A stretch of DNA of 64,000 bases from Actinomycetes bacterium. Its GTDB lineage: Bacteria; Actinomycetota; Acidimicrobiia; Acidimicrobiales; JAJZXF01. A program made the position numbers and the translations under genes. The DNA lies in contig JAJYWA010000001.1 in NCBI GenBank assembly GCA_021791755.1, positions 5,416 to 69,415 of the forward strand, given 5' to 3'. Below the pieces are notes generated by a model. That model ran no database searches and was not told the DNA's origin. It was given only the letters and a program-made list of their open reading frames with translations. This document shows, piece after piece, positions 58,283-64,000 of this stretch (the stretch's first letter is position 1; every line of letters begins with the position of its first letter).

Positions 58283-59923
58283 TCAGGAGTTGGCTGCGTC
58301 CTCCGCCAGCCGGCGCGCTATCACCTTCAGGGCGAGAGTCTCGTCTGCACCTTCGAAGATCGACAGCACTCTGGCGTCAACGAAGTAACGACTCACAGGC
58401 ATCTCCTCTGCGTAGCCCATGCCGCCATGCACCTGCATAGCCTCGCGAGTGACCCACTCTGCCGCGCGGCAAGCGTAAGCCTTGACCATCGATGCCTCGA
58501 GAGCTCCTTGTCCCTTCGCCATCAAGCGGGCCACTTCGTAGCTGAACTGCCGGACCGCCTGCACCGTAACAGCCATCCGAGCGAGCTTGACCTGCGTGAG
58601 CTGGTAGTCAGCCGTTGGACGCCCGAAGACGATCCGGTCCCTGGAGTAGGACAGCGCCGCCTCGTACGCTGCCTGCATGACGCCGAGCGCCCGGGCTGCC
58701 GTCTGGAGCCGCCCGTTCTCGAACCCCTGCATTTGGTAGTAGAAGCCCTTTCCCAGCCCCTGCTCCCCGCCGATGAGGCAGTCGTTGGAGACCCACCAGT
58801 TGTCGAAGGAGACCTCGTAGGAGTGCATTCCCCTATAGCCGATCGTGTCAATGGCTCTACCCTCCATCTTGCCCGGCGAACCGCCATTTGCATGACCTTC
58901 GAGATCGTCTTCCGCCTGGACGAACGAGAAGCTGTGCCCATTGGCTCGCGGTTTTGGGACCAACAACAGCGACAGGCCTCTATGCGCCTTGGTGCGATCC
59001 GGGTCGGTGCGCGCCAAGAGCATGAGAACGTCGGCACGAGCAGCAAACGTACACCAGGTCTTGACGCCGTTCACCACCCATCCCTGGCCGGCTGGAGAAG
59101 CTGTCGTGGTCAAACTGGCCACGTCAGATCCAAAGTCAGGCTCAGTGACGGCGACCGCAGCCATCACGTCACCCGAAGCTAGACGCGGCAACCACGATCG
59201 CTTCTGCTCCGGCGTACCGCCCTTCAACAGCGCTCGGGCGAGTATCTCAGGTCTTGTGATCAACGACCCACCGATGCCCAGAGATGCCCATGACAGCTCC
59301 TCGGTCGCAATGACCATCCCGAGAAAATCGCTCTCTTCGCCAGAGGCAAGCCCGCCATGCTCCTCGGGGATCGAGAGGCCGAAACCTCCGAGCTCCGCTA
59401 AACGGGCGATCACCTCTTCGGGAACGTCGGAGTTCTGTCGGTGCACATCCTCTGCGTAAGGCTTGACCCTCTCCTCGGCGAACCGATGAAACGTCTCCCG
59501 GACCATCTCGAAGTCGGCGTCGAGATGGCGACCTGCGTCAACCTGAGCGAGTGATGCTTGAACCTGCGGGTCGCGCCACACCCGCAGGAAGTCGAGAGCG
59601 GGATCGAGCCATCCACTGCTCAAGCCCCAAAGCCCTTCGCGGGCAAATACGCGAGATTGGATGTCAGCCAGCGCCTCAGCGACGAACACGCAGGAGGTTC
59701 TGGCCTCCTGGTCGCCGTAAGCGCCATATGCAAGCATGCTCTGCGCAACCCTGATAGCGGAGGCTGCGTGCGCCAGGTCATAGGCCACCTGCTGGTTGAG
59801 ATCTATATCTCCCGCCCCGGCCAGCCAGGCTGCAGCGGTAGCGATCGCCCCCTGCGCAGCGGTCACAGCCCGCGATGCGCTTGCAAGTTCGTCTTGGCTC
59901 ATCGCCCACGACGTTACCCGCAT
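58283..59923 (-). CDS. acyl-CoA dehydrogenase with a ~150-aa N-terminal extension
   Basis: The ACAD core includes 'AVTEPDFGSDVASL', 'NGVKTWCT' and 'QVHGGMGYAEE'. At 546 aa it has an unusual N-terminal helical extension. Its start overlaps the upstream methyltransferase stop (TGATG at 59921-59925). Confidence 0.88.
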   Translation of the reverse strand: MRVTSWAMSQDELASASRAVTAAQGAIATAAAWLAGAGDIDLNQQVAYDLAHAASAIRVAQSMLAYGAYGDQEARTSCVFVAEALADIQSRVFAREGLWGLSSGWLDPALDFLRVWRDPQVQASLAQVDAGRHLDADFEMVRETFHRFAEERVKPYAEDVHRQNSDVPEEVIARLAELGGFGLSIPEEHGGLASGEESDFLGMVIATEELSWASLGIGGSLITRPEILARALLKGGTPEQKRSWLPRLASGDVMAAVAVTEPDFGSDVASLTTTASPAGQGWVVNGVKTWCTFAARADVLMLLARTDPDRTKAHRGLSLLLVPKPRANGHSFSFVQAEDDLEGHANGGSPGKMEGRAIDTIGYRGMHSYEVSFDNWWVSNDCLIGGEQGLGKGFYYQMQGFENGRLQTAARALGVMQAAYEAALSYSRDRIVFGRPTADYQLTQVKLARMAVTVQAVRQFSYEVARLMAKGQGALEASMVKAYACRAAEWVTREAMQVHGGMGYAEEMPVSRYFVDARVLSIFEGADETLALKVIARRLAEDAANS

Positions 59924-60570
59924 CAGCGCTCTGGCGCCTGCGCCAGGATGGTCACCAACGGTGGGAGGATCACGGGATCATCACCGGGATCGACACCTGT
60001 CAGAGAGGTTATATAGTCGATCACTGGACCTTGTCGGGCCCCCGCTGGCGCTTCCGCCCAAGCGTCGACCAGCGTCAGCCCAACCTCCATGACCAGCGAC
60101 GGAAGGTACGCTCCAATGTCCGGGTGTCGCGCGGCCGGCATCGAGAACGGGGCCCCGCCGATCCGGCCAGCTGAGGTGATCGGCTCTTGGGCCACCACCC
60201 ATCCTCCTGGTCGTACGGAGCGGCGCATCCGAGCGAGCACCACCTGTGGACTGTGGACGTGCATCAAGAGAAACCGGCAGAAAGCCAGATCCACCAGCTC
60301 AGGCAGAAGCAAGTCCTCGCCGGCCTGCGTCACTGCAAGCACCTGGCTGTGGGCCGATGCCGCTGCTGCCACGACGTCGCGCGAACGCGGGTCGCTGTCG
60401 ACGGCATAGACACGACCCGCATGCCCCACGATCTCAGCCAGCGCGACGGATACGTCCCCACCGCCTGCGCCGACGTCGACGCAACGCCATCCTGAGCCGA
60501 TCTCGAGCCTCTTCAGCGCCGTGGCGAGCGGCCTGCGGTAGACATCGTTTCGTAAGCCGAGCTCGGTCAT
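59923..60570 (-). CDS. class I SAM-dependent methyltransferase
   Basis: 'WRCVDVGAGGGDVSVALAEIV' (motif I) and 'VYAVDSDP'. Start set at ATG 60570 within the longer ORF. Confidence 0.72.
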   Translation of the reverse strand: MTELGLRNDVYRRPLATALKRLEIGSGWRCVDVGAGGGDVSVALAEIVGHAGRVYAVDSDPRSRDVVAAAASAHSQVLAVTQAGEDLLLPELVDLAFCRFLLMHVHSPQVVLARMRRSVRPGGWVVAQEPITSAGRIGGAPFSMPAARHPDIGAYLPSLVMEVGLTLVDAWAEAPAGARQGPVIDYITSLTGVDPGDDPVILPPLVTILAQAPER

Positions 60571-60726
60571 CGTAGGCTGGTGGGCAACAGAGCCCAGGAT
60601 GACAATAGAAAGAACGATAGAAAGAGATGTTGCGTTGGACCTGACATCATCTATGAAACGTAGCCCCTTGCCGCCGGTTCCCGCCGCAAGAGCGCCCGTT
60701 GCCGCAAGAAAACACGCTGGTTTGCA

Positions 60727-61164
60727 ATGAACGCGACCATGCTCCTGTGCGATGCGGCTCAAGTAGCTGATGGAAAGCTCTATGTGCTCGGAGGAGGCTG
60801 GAGCATCACAGGCCCAGAGCCGACTCCGTCGGGCATCGCGATGAAGCTCGACGTCGCGTGGAGCGAAGCCGACCTACGGCATCAATGGGAGCTCTACCTG
60901 ATCGACCAGGACGGACAGCCGGTTACTGTGGAGACGCCGGCCGGCCGGCAGGCAATCGAAGTTCGCGGCGAGTTCCAGGTGGGACGCTCCAGCGCCGTGC
61001 CCGAGGGAAGCCCGATCGATGTAGCGCTCGCGGTCAACTTCGGCCCGCTGCCGCTACGTCCAGGCAACCGCTACACATGGCGCCTGTCGATCGATGGCGA
61101 GTCCGAGACAAACTGGGCCCTCAGCTTCACGACAAGGCCCGTGATGCCTCCGTCAGAGCCTTGA
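60727..61164 (+). CDS. conserved hypothetical protein
   Basis: 145-aa ORF with coding-like composition ('CDAAQVADGKLYVLGGGWSI'). No family recognised. Confidence 0.55.
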   Translation: MNATMLLCDAAQVADGKLYVLGGGWSITGPEPTPSGIAMKLDVAWSEADLRHQWELYLIDQDGQPVTVETPAGRQAIEVRGEFQVGRSSAVPEGSPIDVALAVNFGPLPLRPGNRYTWRLSIDGESETNWALSFTTRPVMPPSEP

Positions 61165-61219
61165 CCTGGACATCGGCGCCAGCGCGCCACCGGCGACCGA
61201 CACGGCGCCTGCAACCAGC

Positions 61220-61804
61220 TTGCCAATGTCCTCCAGCGGCCCCACCCCGCCAGAGTGGACGAATGCCGCTCCCGAGTACTACACCCGAGACATGACAGTT
61301 CACGAACGCCCATTTGGCCGGTACTTCGAAGACTTCACAGCTGGTGATGTGCTGAGGCATTGGCCAGGCAAGACCATCACCGAGTATGACGATCATCTGT
61401 TCTGCATGATCACAATGAACCATCATCCCCTGCACACCAATGAGTGGTTTGCAGAGTCCGAGTCCGTCCACGGCAAGAACGTGGTGGTCGGGAACCTGGT
61501 CTATTCGCTCGCGCTCGGCATGAGCGTGCCCGACGTGAGTGGATCTTGCATTGCCAACTTGGAAGTAGAGTCGCTCGTTCACCGCAACCCGACCTATCAC
61601 GGCGACACGATCTATGCGGAGACCCGTGTTCTCGACAAGGTGGAGTCAAGGTCCAAAGCGGACCGAGGCATCGTGTCGGTGGAGACGAAGGCGTTCAACC
61701 AGCGCGGCGAGGAAGTCTGCTATTTCCGCCGCAAAGTGCTTGTCTGGAAGCGTGATGCGGCGCCAGCCCGCAAGCGTCCATACCCTGAGGACGCCTGGAC
61801 CTGA
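61220..61804 (+). CDS. MaoC-like (R)-specific enoyl-CoA hydratase/dehydratase
   Basis: 'FGRYFEDFTAGDVLRHWPGKTITEYDDHLFCMITMNHHPLHTN' is a hot-dog fold hydratase signature. The start may instead be ATG 61292. Confidence 0.82.
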   Translation: MPMSSSGPTPPEWTNAAPEYYTRDMTVHERPFGRYFEDFTAGDVLRHWPGKTITEYDDHLFCMITMNHHPLHTNEWFAESESVHGKNVVVGNLVYSLALGMSVPDVSGSCIANLEVESLVHRNPTYHGDTIYAETRVLDKVESRSKADRGIVSVETKAFNQRGEEVCYFRRKVLVWKRDAAPARKRPYPEDAWT

Positions 61805-61883
61805 CAGTCCACTACGTCCAGCGTCGTTAGCTGGCCGTGGTCGTGATGCATCAGACCGGTCCCGGCGACCTAACGTTGCCTAC

Positions 61884-62489
61884 ATGACGCCTCGCACACG
61901 GCGGCGCAAGCACAGAACGTTCGCCACCGGATGCCTAGTGCTGCTCGGGCTGCTGCTCGGGGCTTCCTTGCTCACCGCGTGCGCAAGCACCACAACGCCC
62001 CGGACTAGGACTTCGCCCACGACTCCAACACCACGGCCGGCTCAGGCACCCACTGCTGCGGCACGCCAGCCTGGCGCGGGCCCGACAGGCCACCCAGCCG
62101 CACGTGCCGGCGCCACCTACTCGACAGGGACGAAGGCGCCGAGCAGCTTCCCAAGCTCGGTGCCACTCCCCGGCGGTTATAGATCGATCACCTCTACAAC
62201 GAGCCAGCGACCTGGCGCTGGCTGGATGCTCGCCGTCGCCATCAAGGGACCAGCATCAGATGCAATCCAGTCCTACCGCCGCCAGTTGGAAGCAGCCGGT
62301 TTCACAGTTGCCAACCCCGTCCAATCCGGCCTGGAGGAGTACATCACTGCCCGGAGCAGCCGGTGGATCGTGAACGCAAGCGTCGCGACGCTTGCCGGCG
62401 CCGCTGGGCAAGCGTCGCCGGGCGGCTATGTAGAGATGAGCATTGCAGTAGGACCGATCTCAACGCTGCGCACGCTATCGGGCGGCTGA
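61884..62489 (+). CDS. putative lipoprotein (Pro/Thr/Ala-rich linker)
   Basis: The internal ATG at 61884 gives 'MTPRTRRRKHRTFATGCLVLLGLLLGASLLTACAS', a signal peptide plus lipobox. The C-terminal domain is unrecognised. Confidence 0.55.
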   Translation: MTPRTRRRKHRTFATGCLVLLGLLLGASLLTACASTTTPRTRTSPTTPTPRPAQAPTAAARQPGAGPTGHPAARAGATYSTGTKAPSSFPSSVPLPGGYRSITSTTSQRPGAGWMLAVAIKGPASDAIQSYRRQLEAAGFTVANPVQSGLEEYITARSSRWIVNASVATLAGAAGQASPGGYVEMSIAVGPISTLRTLSGG

Positions 62490-64000
62490 CACTTGACCCG
62501 CTGAACCGTCCGGCGTGGCCACAGCCGAACCGTCCGGCGTGGCTGCCGACGCTGCTGCAAGAGAGCCATCAGCAGAAGCATCTCCGCCAGGGACACCTCG
62601 GGCAGCGTTGACAAGGCTGAGCACTTCTGCGCCGTCCACAGTCTCCTTCTCTAGTAGTGCAGTAGCCACGGCAATCAAGCCGTCCTTGTTCTCGGTGAGA
62701 AGCTTCACGGCTCTCTCTTCCTGCTCGCGCAGGATCCGCTCCACCTCTTCGTCGATGACCTTGCTCGTGTTCTCCGAGTAGTCACGCGAGTGCAGCAAGT
62801 CCTCGCCCAAGAAGACCATCCCCTGCGAGCCCCATGCCATAGGACCGACCTGGTTGCTCATGCCCCACTCCCGGACCATCTTGCGAGCAAGCTCCGTGTT
62901 GCCGACAAGGTCGTTGCTGGCTCCCGTGGAGAGATCCCCATAGATGATCATCTCGGCAGCACGCCCTCCCATCCGGACCGCGAGCGAATCTTCGATATGG
63001 CCACGAGGGTAGATGTGGCGCTCCTCGATCGGCAGCTGCTGAGTGACGCCAAGAGCCATGCCCGTGGGCAGGATCGTCACCTTGTGAACTGGATCGGCGT
63101 TGGGCAGCGTGCAGGCCAATACCGCATGCCCTGCTTCATGGTATGCGACGCGCTCTTTCTCCTCGTCGGAGAGGACAAGGCTCTCGCGGCGCTGGCCCAT
63201 GAGGACTCGATCTCTCGCCGCTTCGAAGTCCATCGTCTCGATCTGGGCGCTGCCGCGCCGGACCGCATGAAGCGCAGCTTCGTTCACCAAGTTGGCAAGG
63301 TCGGCGCCGCTCATCCCCGGAGTTCCCCGCGCCAGGACAGACAGATCCACGTCTTGGGCCACCCGCTTGTCCTTGCAGTGCACCTGGATGATGGGTAGCC
63401 GCTCGTCGAGATCCGGAAGGGGAACGACTATCTGGCGATCAAAACGGCCGGGACGGAGCAAGGCCGGATCGAGAATGTCAGGGCGGTTGGTCGCCGCCAT
63501 CATGACGATGCCTTCGGTGGCGTCGAAGCCATCCATCTCCGAGAGCATCTGGTTCAAGGTCTGCTCTCGCTCGTCGTGACCGCCTCCGAGGCCCGCACCC
63601 CTCTTGCGACCGATCGAGTCGACCTCGTCCACGAAGATAATGGCCGGCGCCTGCTTGCGGGCGACTTGGAACATGTCGCGAACACGGCTCGCTCCGACCC
63701 CGACGAACATCTCCATGAAGTCCGACCCACTGACCGACATGAAAGGGACACCGGCCTCACCCGCCACCGCTCTTGCCAGAAGGGTCTTGCCGGTCCCAGG
63801 CGGACCCACAAGCAGGATCCCCTTAGGTATACGCGCGCCGATGTCGCGGAAGCGGCCGGGCTGTTTCAAGAAGTCGACCACCTCGGATATCTCTTGCTTG
63901 ACGCCCGGGTAGCCAGCGACGTCAGCAAAGGTGGTATGCGGCCGTTCGGTGCTGTACGTCTTGGCCTTCGACCGCCCGATCGACATGATGCCGGACATCT
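62475..64000 (-). CDS. ftsH: ATP-dependent zinc metalloprotease FtsH (N-terminus lies beyond the window end)
   Basis: AAA+ '[14 protein letters not shown]', 'IIFVDEVD' and the zinc motif 'HEAGHAV'. The C-terminal tail contains a 24-bp in-frame duplication ('[16 protein letters not shown]'). Confidence 0.95.
   Translation of the reverse strand, partial: MSGIMSIGRSKAKTYSTERPHTTFADVAGYPGVKQEISEVVDFLKQPGRFRDIGARIPKGILLVGPPGTGKTLLARAVAGEAGVPFMSVSGSDFMEMFVGVGASRVRDMFQVARKQAPAIIFVDEVDSIGRKRGAGLGGGHDEREQTLNQMLSEMDGFDATEGIVMMAATNRPDILDPALLRPGRFDRQIVVPLPDLDERLPIIQVHCKDKRVAQDVDLSVLARGTPGMSGADLANLVNEAALHAVRRGSAQIETMDFEAARDRVLMGQRRESLVLSDEEKERVAYHEAGHAVLACTLPNADPVHKVTILPTGMALGVTQQLPIEERHIYPRGHIEDSLAVRMGGRAAEMIIYGDLSTGASNDLVGNTELARKMVREWGMSNQVGPMAWGSQGMVFLGEDLLHSRDYSENTSKVIDEEVERILREQEERAVKLLTENKDGLIAVATALLEKETVDGAEVLSLVNAARGVPGGDASADGSLAAASAATPDGSAVATPDGSAGQVSAAR

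Overview
High-GC, actinobacterium-like chromosomal window. About two thirds of it (21.1-64 kb, plus 0.3-2.4 kb) is conserved housekeeping. This includes an IDH-family dehydrogenase, gpmA, a peptide-type ABC binding lipoprotein, secG-tpiA-pgk-gap, yvcK-rapZ-uvrC (no whiA), nadA, uvrA-uvrB and coaE. It also includes an AftD-like/DUF2079/GT4/FAD-oxidoreductase envelope-glycan cluster, cspA, tRNA-Glu(UUC), the clpS-DUF2017 operon, ctaB, a TlpA-like thioredoxin, a CitE/acyl-CoA dehydrogenase/MaoC cluster, and ftsH (truncated by the window end). The segment between gpmA and tRNA-Leu(GAG), about 2.4-21.0 kb, is an accessory island. It holds decayed mobile-element genes: an IS256-type and an rve-type transposase remnant, and at least two serine-recombinase remnants that each end in a 19-bp copy of the tRNA-Leu 3' end. 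It also holds three classical toxin-antitoxin pairs (Phd/VapC, RHH/Doc, Phd/RelE-like), a frameshifted NYN gene and a metallophosphoesterase. The main candidate for something new is a tightly coupled four-gene minus-strand cassette at 6.8-15.8 kb. It encodes a 1353-aa Eco57I/PglX-type adenine methyltransferase, a PLD-nuclease::SNF2-helicase fusion, an XRE-HTH::ImmA/IrrE metalloprotease, and a DUF4411/PIN-like protein. It resembles parts of BREX type 3 and class-1 DISARM, but the obligatory partner genes of both are absent from the window. Other observations: NTGA start/stop overlaps recur at gene junctions (11749, 18644, 23337, 27908, 52647, 3443), and short perfect tandem duplications are frequent, several of them in frame inside housekeeping genes. 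No rRNA or CRISPR array was found. All functional calls rest on motif and family recognition by eye from the supplied translations; no database search was run.
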